Source of the DNA: Spirochaetia bacterium
GTDB lineage: Bacteria > Spirochaetota > Spirochaetia > DSM-2461
NCBI GenBank assembly: GCA_963666985.2
Contig: CAXXIA010000002.1
Span: 640,001 to 704,000, forward strand
Length of the DNA stretch: 64,000 nt
Reading direction: 5' to 3'
The position numbers and the translations under genes were made by a program. The notes beneath the pieces are model-generated. The model did no database searches, had not been told where the DNA came from, and saw nothing but the letters and a program-made list of their open reading frames with translations. Of the stretch, positions 19,601 to 29,140 are shown piece after piece; position 1 is the stretch's first letter, and each line of letters starts with the position of its first letter.

Positions 19601-19626
19601 TACTAAAATCCGCTGAGGGAGAATAA
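16603..19626 (+). CDS. Hybrid sensor kinase: 7TMR-DISM + HisKA/HATPase + receiver + LuxR-type HTH
   Basis: Signal peptide, INLGY..PVWFR extracellular domain and 7 TM helices. AHELRTPL, NLLGNA, DSGIGI and GGTGLGL kinase boxes. VDDD...LLDLYLP...KP receiver. FTAREIEI...TVKHHLYNIYNK HTH. Confidence 0.9.
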   Translation: MTRFFVLFFLILPLSLNAQQALKINTVDERINVTSHLQYFIDESKTATPSEIISGTYDKDFRRVHEESINLGYIRKPVWFRLDVDASDMSKDLILAVNERCQYADFYISDSSNKILKHISSGIYRPISQREITARTLAFHLPEASSDKIRIFLCIRSNISLGLSVNIWSAEPFFRTERRQNIAIALFCGFLAALIFYQALLGLFLRSWDFVLFSMLLFVFLLICTTSLVIISMLFSGPWQIQTFRFQLLLFSSFAVVFRIFSRGFITVTHRYLKHVPLLLGLFYTVIVIIGIVSPAPGFLFAFLMPLISLDFFHIAVLAALSSFQKRRDSLLFSISFIPTFALFLIRSLDNSGLISENILTRYGIFLSVPITVLLFSSALAFRFHSVQREAAHYKELSIRRLESLNRNKDNFLSSTAHELRTPLHGIIGLTSAVLQEDGSVLSSRSVDNLESVSMSAWRLSSLVNDILDSDKIRSGNFQIGKQTLDFRPIAKRVVSGMAPLFRGKKLSLELRIPEVLPSVSGDENRIQQILYNLLGNALRFTLEGTVLLSAEPSADMLIVTIEDSGIGIPEEQAEIIFERYEQGGEKISRRFGGTGLGLSLTKHLVELHNGRIWFESQEGKGSRFMFSLPLAAGSGQNVHEKTSPSLPYSVIDEATAFSGIEQPLIEEFDTRPVVVAVDDDPINLKVIESYLPSDRYYLILLSSGKELVELIKNTARLDLVLLDLYLPDIMGTVLCADIRERYSALQLPILMLTASRSLDDIIQSFAHGTNDYIAKPVSKEELLARVDTQIALKKAVEHKDLTNRMLNEIDSLVSFGFLASAFLLSDEEADSENELLLDEMYKYFLPIMTKYIDNTELAAEGIDVHSRNLSHRRIFTRLKESGFEKIEAMFQEIRTTVKTREKTIGDIERISSEIYNLVAELLYSGKEKNSHLNINTDLLIQKYRFTAREIEIIQMVIQGATNQEIVEEMGITLNTVKHHLYNIYNKTGVDNRSHMVYTVLKSAEGE

Positions 19627-19742
19627 ACGGCTTCGTATGAGATCGGCTTGGATTCCGAGCGGCCGGAATAGAGCCGCAAACGACTTTATTATACCAGCGC
19701 GCCGCAAATTCTCCGTCTTCTTTGTGCCGGAGCCGGCGCGTC

Positions 19743-20189
19743 TTACAGCCCCAAGGACTCCGGCAACCTCTCCACAAAAGCTTTGATTTCATCCCGAACA
19801 CGGCGGTAGCAGTCCAGCTGTTCCTCCTCGGAGGCACCTTTCGCCGCCAGTTCGGCGGCCAGTTGCGGCGGATCTTCAAAGCCCGCATGAATCACTTTGC
19901 CTTTTCCAAGGTACAGAGGGCAATTCTCATGCGCATGGCCGCAGACCGTGACAACCGCATCAAAGGCGACATCCTTGTACTCCAAAGAGTTCTTGGAAAC
20001 ATGATGTGAGATATCCACCCCGGACTCGGCCATAACCTTCACCGCATTGGTATTCAGACCGTGAGTCTCGATACCCGCCGAGAACGGTTCCAGAACATCG
20101 CCTTTCAAAGCCCGCGCCCAGCCTTCGGCCATCTGGCTGCGGCATGAATTCCCGGTGCAGAGAAAGAGAATTTTCAACTTTGCGCTCAT
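19743..20189 (-). CDS. arsC: Arsenate reductase (LMW-PTP fold, thioredoxin type)
   Basis: CTGNSCRSQMAEG P-loop, TVCGHAHENCP second Cys pair, EDP and VRDEI. Confidence 0.88.
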   Translation of the reverse strand: MSAKLKILFLCTGNSCRSQMAEGWARALKGDVLEPFSAGIETHGLNTNAVKVMAESGVDISHHVSKNSLEYKDVAFDAVVTVCGHAHENCPLYLGKGKVIHAGFEDPPQLAAELAAKGASEEEQLDCYRRVRDEIKAFVERLPESLGL

Positions 20190-20378
20190 CCTTGCATTCC
20201 CCTTTTTGTTATCATCGGTTCACACCACCGAATCCGCCGCACCGAGGTAAGATGGAATAAATCCGGCTTCCGGCCTGCGGAACCGGTCGGGGTTCGGCCC
20301 GTTTCGGCGGCGCCGAGCCAAACGGGATTCGGCCTTGTTTCCGATTCGCCGAACAAGGCGGCATGTGAACCATGCCGC

Positions 20379-21290
20379 TCAGGCCAGCAGCATCAAAGTA
20401 ATTGGTATGGTAATCAGCGCCAGAGCCGTCGATAGAGTAACCGCTCTGGCCAGAAATCCTTCATCAAGTCCCATCGCTTCTCCCATAATCAGGCTGTTGG
20501 CGGCTACCGGCATTACGGAAACCGTCATAACAACCGTCCGGCTTAAGCCGTCCATCCCGCCGATAAGACGTGTCGTCAGCCACGCGGCGCCGAACCCGAA
20601 AGCCAGCCGAAGCGGAAGCAGAATCGCCAGTTCGCCCCACTCCCCCCGAAACGACAGAGACAGCCCGACGCCGAACAGAATGAGCGTGGTGGTCATATCG
20701 CCGAAGGCGGTCAGCGAATCCATCAGAACCGGAGAAATTCTCAGTCCCGTTAAGGCGCAGAGCAGTCCCGCGAGAAATCCGGCGATGATGGGAATCCCGA
20801 TTTTCAGTGTCCGCAAAGCCGACGTCCGATCTTCCTCGGATCCTCCGGTGAAAAATCCGGCTGAAAAAGAATAGAGAATCGTCAGCGGCCAAAACAGCGT
20901 GGTGAACATCAGATTTCGTTCCAGAGCGCCCTCGCCAAGTCCGATATCGGTTACCGCCCATCCGAAATAACCGATATTCCCGAGGATAATGATAAGAACG
21001 TTCTCCACACGCCGCTTTTGGAAAAACGGAATCCGGGTAACGGCCATGGCGATAAGCCAGAGAAGCCCCATGTAAAGAGGAAGAGCGAGAGTAACCGGCA
21101 GTACTTGCGAAAGCATGTCCACGTCCAGAGTCGCCATGCTCGTAAACATGAGAATCGGAATCGTAATTCTCAGGCAAAACCGATTCAGAGTATGGGCGGC
21201 TTCCATCGGAAAATACCCTGAGATCTTAACAATGAAGCCCAAAACGATAGGAAGATAGATGGGCAGGAAAATAGGGATATAATCGGCCAT
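20379..21290 (-). CDS. AEC (auxin efflux carrier) family transporter
   Basis: About ten TM segments. IPILMF, GNIGYFG and MPVAAN...STALALITIP motifs. Confidence 0.85.
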   Translation of the reverse strand: MADYIPIFLPIYLPIVLGFIVKISGYFPMEAAHTLNRFCLRITIPILMFTSMATLDVDMLSQVLPVTLALPLYMGLLWLIAMAVTRIPFFQKRRVENVLIIILGNIGYFGWAVTDIGLGEGALERNLMFTTLFWPLTILYSFSAGFFTGGSEEDRTSALRTLKIGIPIIAGFLAGLLCALTGLRISPVLMDSLTAFGDMTTTLILFGVGLSLSFRGEWGELAILLPLRLAFGFGAAWLTTRLIGGMDGLSRTVVMTVSVMPVAANSLIMGEAMGLDEGFLARAVTLSTALALITIPITLMLLA

Positions 21291-21487
21291 ATTACCGATT
21301 TTAGCGACAATGGATTCCGGCGGGAACGACCCAAAAGCCCGTTCTTCAGAGTATCCTCACACCGAAGTTCTTTTTTTCGGAATCTTTCGGCGGAATACGG
21401 TACATGATTTCCTTTATATCCGCGGCCGGCGGATTGGCATTGCGTTATAAGCGGATTATCCTTTACTCAGCGAGGAAAAACGGGAAA

Positions 21488-22420
21488 ATGGTCGTCGATC
21501 TGAGTTTGGTCTCGGCTTCACTGCTGCTCCTTTTTCTCGGAGCCGAAATTCTTGTTCGAGGAAGCGCTTCGATAGCGACTCGATTCGGACTCAGTTCTCT
21601 GATGGTGGGACTGACCATCGTTGCGTTTGGAACCAGTTCTCCGGAGTTCGCGGTAAGCCTGAACGCGGCCGTTTCCCATCAAGCCGATATTTCAATAGGA
21701 AATGTCGTCGGTTCGAACATCTTCAATATCGCGTTTATACTTGGTCTGACATCGCTGATACATCCGGTGCGGATTAATCGGCAGATTATTAAAATCGATG
21801 CGCCGATCGCATTGGGCACCGCCGTTCTCCTTTCTCTGTTCCTCCTCAATGGAAAGCTCGGACTCATCGAGGGGATTGTCTTATTAGCCTGTTTTATCGC
21901 CTATATCCGGCTCAGCTTCTACTTAGGGAAGCGGGAGAATCCCGATAAAAAGGACGATTTGTCCGTCGCCCGGATAACGCGGCATTGGGGACTCGATATC
22001 CTATTGATCATCGGGGGCCTTGTGCTCCTTGTTCTCGGATCTCGTCTGCTCGTTAAGCATTCGGTCAATCTGGCACGCTTCTGGGGAGTATCCGAAGCCG
22101 TCATCGGATTAACAATCGTTTCGGCAGGAACAAGCATTCCGGAACTGGCGACTTCCGTAACGGCGGCTTTGCGGAAACAGCCGGATATCGCCGTCGGCAA
22201 TGTGGTCGGATCGAATATCTTCAATATCCTTGCGATTCTCGGAACATCTTCAATCGTCTCACCTCTCTCGACGCCACAGATATCCGCTCTGGACTATGGC
22301 GCCATGATTTTCTTTTCGATTCTGCTGATTCCGCTTATTTACACGGGGCGTATGCTTCATCGAATAGAGGGACTGCTGCTGCTTGTTTTGTATGGAGTTT
22401 ATTTATTTTTTCTGCTGTAA
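21488..22420 (+). CDS. Ca2+/cation (Na+) antiporter, YrbG-like
   Basis: Two alpha repeats (GTSSPE and GTSIPE), each followed by GNVVGSNIFNI. Confidence 0.92.
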   Translation: MVVDLSLVSASLLLLFLGAEILVRGSASIATRFGLSSLMVGLTIVAFGTSSPEFAVSLNAAVSHQADISIGNVVGSNIFNIAFILGLTSLIHPVRINRQIIKIDAPIALGTAVLLSLFLLNGKLGLIEGIVLLACFIAYIRLSFYLGKRENPDKKDDLSVARITRHWGLDILLIIGGLVLLVLGSRLLVKHSVNLARFWGVSEAVIGLTIVSAGTSIPELATSVTAALRKQPDIAVGNVVGSNIFNILAILGTSSIVSPLSTPQISALDYGAMIFFSILLIPLIYTGRMLHRIEGLLLLVLYGVYLFFLL

Positions 22421-22431
22421 AAAAACGGTAA

Positions 22432-23547
22432 CTATTCGGGATTCTTCGCCGGGCTTCCCGCCAGTTTAAATAATAGGCTTTCGCCTTCGTCTTTATAACG
22501 GGATTGTATGGTCAAAATCTCCTCTTGAACGGCGAAAAAGGCATCCACCGCCCGAGGATCAAAATGGCTTCCGCTCTCCTCTTTGATTATTGAAAAGGAT
22601 TTCTCATTTGAAAACGGCTCCTTATAAGGCCGCTTCGCCGTCAGCGCGTCGAAAACATCCGCGACAGCCGTAATCCGTCCTTCAATCGGAATCTCCTCCG
22701 CTTTCAGTCCCCGCGGATATCCGGTACCGTCCCACTTCTCATGATGCGTTACGGCAATCAGTTCCCCCATCCTGATATATTCGCTCTTGGGATTCGCAAG
22801 TATCTGCCCTCCGAACACCGTATGCCGCTTCATAATCGTCCACTCATCGGGACTCAGCTTGCCGGGTTTAAGCAGTATATGATCGGGAATGCCGATTTTC
22901 CCGATATCGTGCATTACGGAAGAATAATAAAGAACCTCGCATACGCTGTCGCGCAAGCCGAGCTTCTTTGCGATTGCGTACGAATACTTGCTCATTCTCT
23001 GAAGATGCATTCCCGTATCTTCGTCTTTATACTCGGCGGCCCGCGATAATCTGAAGACCGTCTCAAGAGACGCGTCCTTCATCTGTTTATTCGCTTCGAG
23101 GATATCCTGAGTTCTTTTTTCCACCTCCTCTTCGAGAATGGTCTGATAACGTCTCATATGGTCGTAATAAGCTTTGACCTTCGTAAGGGATCTTACGCGG
23201 GCGGTCAATTCGGCAATATGCGGCGGTTTGATCAGAAAATCATCGGCTCCCAGCCTCAGGGCTTTAACGCGCACATCAAGATCATCCTCTCCCGTCAGAA
23301 CGACAATCGGAATGTTTTTCTCCTCATCGTCTTCTTTCAGGATTTTTAAAACCTTAATGCCATCCAGAATCGGCATATCGATATCCAAAAGGATAACGTC
23401 GGGATTTGCCGATTTTGCTTTTTCCAATGCTTCCCGCCCGTTTTGGGCTTCAACGACTTTATATTTTTTGGCCAGAAGGATATCCGAAAGCGTTGTTCGC
23501 AAACGCTCGTTGTCGTCCGCGATAAGGATAACCGGCCTATCGTTCAT
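22432..23547 (-). CDS. Response regulator with HD-GYP c-di-GMP phosphodiesterase domain (RpfG-like)
   Basis: Receiver ADD...LLDIDMP...KP, followed by HDIGK, HHEKWDGTGYP and ADVFDAL...RPYK. Confidence 0.93.
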   Translation of the reverse strand: MNDRPVILIADDNERLRTTLSDILLAKKYKVVEAQNGREALEKAKSANPDVILLDIDMPILDGIKVLKILKEDDEEKNIPIVVLTGEDDLDVRVKALRLGADDFLIKPPHIAELTARVRSLTKVKAYYDHMRRYQTILEEEVEKRTQDILEANKQMKDASLETVFRLSRAAEYKDEDTGMHLQRMSKYSYAIAKKLGLRDSVCEVLYYSSVMHDIGKIGIPDHILLKPGKLSPDEWTIMKRHTVFGGQILANPKSEYIRMGELIAVTHHEKWDGTGYPRGLKAEEIPIEGRITAVADVFDALTAKRPYKEPFSNEKSFSIIKEESGSHFDPRAVDAFFAVQEEILTIQSRYKDEGESLLFKLAGSPAKNPE

Positions 23548-23548
23548 C

Positions 23549-26053
23549 TTATGTTCCCATCGCGGACGATCCCGATAAAACCGTTCGCAGCGCCTTTCTT
23601 ATCTGTATCATCTTCGGAGGTTTCCCCAGAATCAAATCGACATCATTGGGTATCTCATCGGTATCGTTCATAAGATTGCCCCAGCCCGAAAGCATGATTA
23701 CGGGGGTATCCTTCTTCAGCTGTTTTATCTTTTCCGCAACCTCCCAGCCGTCCATGCCGGGCATTCCCAAATCCGTAATCACAACATCGAAAAAGTCCCC
23801 GCTCTTCACGGCTTCTTCAAACACCGCGATTCCATCGAAACCGCTTTCGACCGATACCGGCGTATGGCCTTCCATTTCGAGGATTTCCTTCAGGCCATCC
23901 CGAACCTTGGAATCATCATCGATGCATAGGATTCGCAGCGGCGGAAGCGGTGAAGACACTTCTTCGGAGATTCTCTCTATTTTCGCTTCTCCGCGAATCG
24001 GAAAGATCAGCCGGATTTTTGTGCCCTTGCCTTCTTTTGTTTCGATTTCCATAGTACCGTTATGCCGTTCCATCGAACCGAAAACCGAAGATAATCCCAG
24101 TCCGGAGCCGCGATTGCCTTTGGTGGTAAAAAAGGGTTCCAGACATTTCTGTTTCTGTTCCTCGGTCATCCCCTTGCCCGTGTCTTCAACCTCCAGAACC
24201 ATCTCCCGGCCGTTTTCAATGACTCTCAGCGTAATTGTTCCGTCTTCGGGCATGGCGTCAACGGCGTTGAAAATGAGGTTCACCAAAGCTTCCCGGATTT
24301 CACTTCTCAGCCCGATCATCGTAGGATTGCTCTGAGGTATGTCCAATTCCATGTTAATCGTAATTCCGTTCTTCTGAGCCAAATCCTGCCAGCGCGGGCG
24401 AGTTATCTCGACGACGTTATCAATCAGTTTCCTAAGGTCGATAGTCTGCAAATCCGACTCGCTTCCGTCTTTCTTCCGGTAAAACAACCGTAATCTGCTG
24501 ATGATGTTCTCTATGTCTCCGGCCGCTACTTGGATAATTTTCAGAAAACGTTTGCCTCTTTCGCTTAAGTTCAACTCGCTTTCAAGAAGGGCCTCTGCGT
24601 AAAGGGTTATGGGAGCCAGTGTGTTGTTGATATCGTGAGCGATTCCGCTGGCCATTTGCCCCATGGCATTCAAGCGTTCGTGCTCCAGCATAACGTCTTG
24701 AGCCCGTTTAAGCTGTTCATATGACTCTTGGAGTTCCGTGAATATTTCTTCCTTGATATACGAAACACTGATATCGCCGGCCACTCCGCTTAAAAAACTC
24801 CTCTCATATTCCCCAAAGGAATCACAATCCGTAAACGCAAGAACAATTTTTCCCCTTTCGCTCCTATCGGCGACTATCGGCAGAGAAACAACCGATCGAA
24901 TTCCGTATGAGGAAAGTTTTTCCGATAACGACATCTCCAGTTCGTCCACGGAAACGATGCGTATGCCTCTCAAGGAAGAAGCGGTACTCCCGTTATTGTT
25001 CGAATCAGACGGAGAATCGATATCCGCCGGAAGCGCATAGAGCATCGACGCATCGCCTGTAAAAACGGAATGTTCGGCGGGAAGCCGGGAAATAACTTTA
25101 TTCCGAGTCGTTTTTTCATTATTGATAACAACAAAACCGAACTCATACCCAAAGGTTTTCTTAAGGTGTACAAGAACTTCATCGCAGATACTGGCAAAAT
25201 CGTTTCTCTTGGCAATCTCTCTCGATATTGAACTCCGAATGTTCATCCAGTGAATCTGCTTTTCAAGCTGCCGTTTTCCCTCCACTTGTTTGGTAACATT
25301 ATAAAAAGAAGTGACCACCCCGGATTGCCGCTTCGAATCCGAATCGTTCAGCGGCTGTGAATTGACGGAAATCCACAAGGGAGTTTCATGTGAATCATGA
25401 ATTTCCATTATGACATTTCGCTGAGGTTCTCCCGTTTTGAGCGTAACAACGGAAGGAAAGGTTTCCCGCGAAAAGGGAGAACCATCCTCTTTTTTCGCCC
25501 GCGCGTAAAAATCAAAATCGGCAAGCCCTACCCACTGTTCCGCCGTTAATCCCAGGAACTCCTCCGCTCTGGAATTATAAGAAAGGATTCTCCCCTCCAT
25601 ATCCTGTATCAGGATTCCTTCCGCCAAGGAATCGACGACAGCGAAATAGCGGTCTCTCATGCTCCACAATTCTTTGTAGCTGTCCGCGATGCTCGAAATG
25701 TCCATTATTGTAGCCAGAACAAACGGAGTGTTATCCACCTCCAACGGAGCCATTCTGATATGCAGGGGGATTTCCCGGCCGTCTTTACAAACACCGATAT
25801 CCTGCGTCGGTATAGTAATATCCTGAAATCTTTTTTCCTTTAATTTTTGTTTTATGACTTCGGAGCCCTTCGGAAGCAGAACCTTTAACGGCTTTCCAAT
25901 CAGCCCTTTCGTTTTCATACCAAAAATACGTTCCGTTCTCGAATTAACGGCGATAATGGTTCCTTGACGGTCTATGATCAGAGCGCCTTGCGGAAGGATT
26001 TCAAGAAGATCGACGGCTGTTTTTTTTTCGAGAAAATCGGCATCTGTTTTCAC
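23549..26053 (-). CDS. Cytoplasmic PAS-PAS-GAF hybrid histidine kinase with receiver
   Basis: Two PAS-like segments and a GAF-like segment. SGIAHDINN, NLIFNAVDAM, FFTTK and GLGLS. Receiver IDDD...TDLGMP. GTG start with GGAGG RBS. Confidence 0.9.
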   Translation of the reverse strand: MKTDADFLEKKTAVDLLEILPQGALIIDRQGTIIAVNSRTERIFGMKTKGLIGKPLKVLLPKGSEVIKQKLKEKRFQDITIPTQDIGVCKDGREIPLHIRMAPLEVDNTPFVLATIMDISSIADSYKELWSMRDRYFAVVDSLAEGILIQDMEGRILSYNSRAEEFLGLTAEQWVGLADFDFYARAKKEDGSPFSRETFPSVVTLKTGEPQRNVIMEIHDSHETPLWISVNSQPLNDSDSKRQSGVVTSFYNVTKQVEGKRQLEKQIHWMNIRSSISREIAKRNDFASICDEVLVHLKKTFGYEFGFVVINNEKTTRNKVISRLPAEHSVFTGDASMLYALPADIDSPSDSNNNGSTASSLRGIRIVSVDELEMSLSEKLSSYGIRSVVSLPIVADRSERGKIVLAFTDCDSFGEYERSFLSGVAGDISVSYIKEEIFTELQESYEQLKRAQDVMLEHERLNAMGQMASGIAHDINNTLAPITLYAEALLESELNLSERGKRFLKIIQVAAGDIENIISRLRLFYRKKDGSESDLQTIDLRKLIDNVVEITRPRWQDLAQKNGITINMELDIPQSNPTMIGLRSEIREALVNLIFNAVDAMPEDGTITLRVIENGREMVLEVEDTGKGMTEEQKQKCLEPFFTTKGNRGSGLGLSSVFGSMERHNGTMEIETKEGKGTKIRLIFPIRGEAKIERISEEVSSPLPPLRILCIDDDSKVRDGLKEILEMEGHTPVSVESGFDGIAVFEEAVKSGDFFDVVITDLGMPGMDGWEVAEKIKQLKKDTPVIMLSGWGNLMNDTDEIPNDVDLILGKPPKMIQIRKALRTVLSGSSAMGT

Positions 26054-26199
26054 CGGACGCCTCCTGAATCGATAATTCGAAAGGACTGCGAAAGAAAAGC
26101 CGAATCTAAGTATAGTCTTAATTCTTTAATTTTGCGAAAAGACGCCCAACAGCTGTGTGGAAAGATTTGGTTTGCGGGCGAAACCTCACCGCCGCGATG

Positions 26200-26853
26200 T
26201 TACAGCCCCAAATCCTCATTAATCAGCACTACGGTCGTGCGCTTCGGAGGAAAGGACTTCTCGGTAATCGTCCAGTTATTGCAGATCCGATCATCGGAAG
26301 AACAATTATGGCAGGAAGCGGTTTTCACGCAAGGCGTCTTCATGCCCAAACGAATGCAGTTCGCCGGAGCGGCATGAGAACGCACCCGCTCCATCGCGTC
26401 GAACAAATCCGGACAAATTTTATTCCGTCCCACAAGAACCACCACTTTCTTCGGCCCGAAGGTCAGCGCGGCGACACGGTTTCCAATCATATCCAGGTTA
26501 ACCAAAACGCCGTCCTCGGTAACAGCGTTCGCACTCAAGAAATAGAGGTCGCTTGTCAGAGCCTGCCGGCGCCGTCTGAATTTCTCCGCGGCGGAAATTC
26601 CCTTCTCGTTTATTGAAATAACTTCCCAGTCCGGACTCTCATGGAACCATTTGGCCACATGACATTCGCCCACGGTAACGGAACCTCCCCAGGAAACCAC
26701 ACCGCTTCCGAGAGGCGGAACAATATTCTCAAAAACAATACGATGAGCCTCTTCCGTATTCTCCGCGATATAAGCCTCGAATCGATTCTCTTCAAGAGCT
26801 CTTTTAACATTCTGAAGTTTCAATGTCCACAATTCCCGTACGGCTTCAATCAT
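26200..26853 (-). CDS. LUD domain (LutC/YkgG-like) protein
   Basis: SANAVTEDGVLVNLDMIGNRV, GPKKV...NKI and a Cys-rich TPCVKT..CHNC...RIC segment. Confidence 0.85.
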   Translation of the reverse strand: MIEAVRELWTLKLQNVKRALEENRFEAYIAENTEEAHRIVFENIVPPLGSGVVSWGGSVTVGECHVAKWFHESPDWEVISINEKGISAAEKFRRRRQALTSDLYFLSANAVTEDGVLVNLDMIGNRVAALTFGPKKVVVLVGRNKICPDLFDAMERVRSHAAPANCIRLGMKTPCVKTASCHNCSSDDRICNNWTITEKSFPPKRTTVVLINEDLGL

Positions 26854-26940
26854 CGCAACACTCCCGATATCAGTATGATCAATATCGCCGTGAAAGGATA
26901 CAGGCGGCAAGTCCCCGAGACGCATCAGCTAATCAGACTT

Positions 26941-27780
26941 TTATAACCGCCGTGCGGAAAACGGATTAAGTTCCTGATTTTCCCTGATATATTTTTCCCG
27001 ATCCGCAGCCGTTCGCTTAAAAAATAAAGCGGTTTCCGCCTGGGTTTGCCCCAGCATACTGGGCAATCTGCAGAATTCATGCAGATGATGAGGATAAAGA
27101 TGAAGTTCGGCCGCGGCTCCGCACGCGATTAAAGCGTCGAACATCTTTCGGCTGGCTTTATAGGGAACAGTCTTGTCGTCTATTCCATGCAGAAAAAAGG
27201 TCGGCGGAAAATCTTGTGAAGCCAATGTCAAAGGACTGGCCTTTTGGACATCCTCCTGCGTATACGAATCTCCCAAAAGAATGGAAGGATGCCCCGCGCC
27301 GTCCGCATCATCCTTGTCGGAAAACTCGACCGGCGGGAAGAAAGCCGCGACCGCGGCGATTTCATCGGAAACCTCACCATCGCCGCTTCCGATATATTCC
27401 TTTCGGTTCGGTGTGCCTCCGGCCATTAAAGCCAGATGCCCGCCCGCGGAGAAACCTTCCAACACGATTTTTCCGGGATCAATTTCCAAATCTTTCGCAT
27501 GGCTCCTGGCCCAGCGAACGGCCGACTTCACGTCTTCAAGCGCCGCCGGCCAAGGAGATTCGTCAATCAGCCGGTATTCGGAAGCCAACACGGTAAAACC
27601 ATGCGAGGTAAGTTCGGGGGCGTAAATCTCCACCATGGATTTATCACCGATACGCCATCCGCCGCCGTGAAGCAGAATAACGGCCGTCCGGGTTTGCTCG
27701 GGATTCTCCGGTTTGTAGAGATCCAAATGCAGCGGCCGCCCGCCGCCCGATCCGAATTCGATGTTCTTCTCCGTCTTCAT
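26941..27780 (-). CDS. Alpha/beta hydrolase (esterase)
   Basis: HGGGW, GFSAGG and HGIDD.TVP...H.F motifs. Confidence 0.88.
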   Translation of the reverse strand: MKTEKNIEFGSGGGRPLHLDLYKPENPEQTRTAVILLHGGGWRIGDKSMVEIYAPELTSHGFTVLASEYRLIDESPWPAALEDVKSAVRWARSHAKDLEIDPGKIVLEGFSAGGHLALMAGGTPNRKEYIGSGDGEVSDEIAAVAAFFPPVEFSDKDDADGAGHPSILLGDSYTQEDVQKASPLTLASQDFPPTFFLHGIDDKTVPYKASRKMFDALIACGAAAELHLYPHHLHEFCRLPSMLGQTQAETALFFKRTAADREKYIRENQELNPFSARRL

Positions 27781-28070
27781 TATTCCGCCGCCCCCGCCGA
27801 CGGCTGAATTTTCTTCTTATCCAAAAAATAATTCCTTACATACAGACAAATATCCGCACCGACCAATACCGCATTCAGGCCGTAAAGATAGATGACATAA
27901 TCATAATTGCAAAATCGTTTATAAATAATTCCGGAAAGATACCCAATAAGAATAACGATGAGAAAAAAAAGACTTTTCCCCGAATTCGTTCTTGATGCCC
28001 ATGATTTGTATATGGAAAGCGGCCAGGCCGAACCGAAACAGACCAACATGATTATTTCAAAGATTTTCAT
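27780..28070 (-). CDS. Small 3-TM PQ-loop/SemiSWEET-like membrane protein
   Basis: 96 aa with three hydrophobic helices and an FE..ML.CFG..WP.SI.KS...GKS..F pattern. Confidence 0.65.
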   Translation of the reverse strand: MKIFEIIMLVCFGSAWPLSIYKSWASRTNSGKSLFFLIVILIGYLSGIIYKRFCNYDYVIYLYGLNAVLVGADICLYVRNYFLDKKKIQPSAGAAE

Positions 28071-28158
28071 AAAAAAATGGTACCAAAGATCACTCTTTTG
28101 ATACATCTGCTCCTTTTAAAACTCCGATGTAATCCGATTAAATAATAACGAAAAGTAC

Positions 28159-29112
28159 TTACGGACTATTAAGGAATCCGTCGATAAACTCCATCTTTTT
28201 CCATGTATGGAAAGGGCCTCCGCCGTCATGTTCCCCACATGGATAAACGCTGATTTCTTTCTTTGACTTGATTTTGTTATAAGCGGCGAAAACAGTCTCG
28301 GGAGGACAAATCCCGTCATGCAGGGCCGTGGAAACCAGTACCGGACATTGAATGCTCTCCGCGAAATTGATGTTATCAAAATACGATAGTGTATTGAGAA
28401 TTGTTTCCAATTGGTCCGGATGCTTTCTGATTTTCTCGGAAACGGAGGCCATTGAGCCGGTTCTATCCAACAGACGCTTTTCAAACCAGGAATTGCCGGG
28501 AACATCGGCAAGGCACAGCGAGATTTTGTCGGATAAACCCGCAACCGTTAAGGCAATCCCGCCGCCTTGGCTGTTCCCGTCGATGATTATTCGGTCCTTG
28601 TCGAGATCTCCGCGCTTCCATGCATAGTCCACAGCCCTTAAAGCGTCGGAAATAATGAATTTATGATAATACGTTTCTTTATCACCGATTCCGAACGCAT
28701 AAAGGTTGGTTTCCGATGAACCGGTAAAACCCGTCCGCGAGCCGGTCGTTCCGCCCTGCATTCGAAAATCAGGAGCTATAACGGCACATCCCATCAAAAG
28801 CCAATGCGCATAGTCGAAAGGAAGCCCTCGGCTCTCCCCATACCCATGAAAATGGATAATAACAGGAATTTTCGAATCGGCTTTCGGCCGAAGGAACCAG
28901 AGAAAGACGGGAGTGCCGTCGATGCCGTCAATAACGACTTCGTCGACAAGAATCTCTTGAAACGGATACGCGATTCTTCTTTCTTCTGCATGAAGAGGCT
29001 TTTCTCCGGATTCTTTAAGAACTCCGCTCCAGAATTCATCGAAATCCGCCTTTTTTGTCGAAGGTACATCGAGACCCTCAAGCTCCTTCAGTTTCTGAGA
29101 AAACAAATCCAT
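28159..29112 (-). CDS. Acetyl xylan esterase / cephalosporin deacetylase (CE7, AXE1)
   Basis: FHGY, GNSQGG, LSYFDNINFA and D.ICPPETVFAAYN...H motifs. Confidence 0.88.
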   Translation of the reverse strand: MDLFSQKLKELEGLDVPSTKKADFDEFWSGVLKESGEKPLHAEERRIAYPFQEILVDEVVIDGIDGTPVFLWFLRPKADSKIPVIIHFHGYGESRGLPFDYAHWLLMGCAVIAPDFRMQGGTTGSRTGFTGSSETNLYAFGIGDKETYYHKFIISDALRAVDYAWKRGDLDKDRIIIDGNSQGGGIALTVAGLSDKISLCLADVPGNSWFEKRLLDRTGSMASVSEKIRKHPDQLETILNTLSYFDNINFAESIQCPVLVSTALHDGICPPETVFAAYNKIKSKKEISVYPCGEHDGGGPFHTWKKMEFIDGFLNSP

Positions 29113-29140
29113 GGAGAATCGTCCGTTCCTTTATAATTTC

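Noticed and set aside
19743..21290. Arsenic resistance operon
   Set aside because: Only arsC is present. The neighbour is an AEC transporter, with no arsR or arsB/acr3 motifs.
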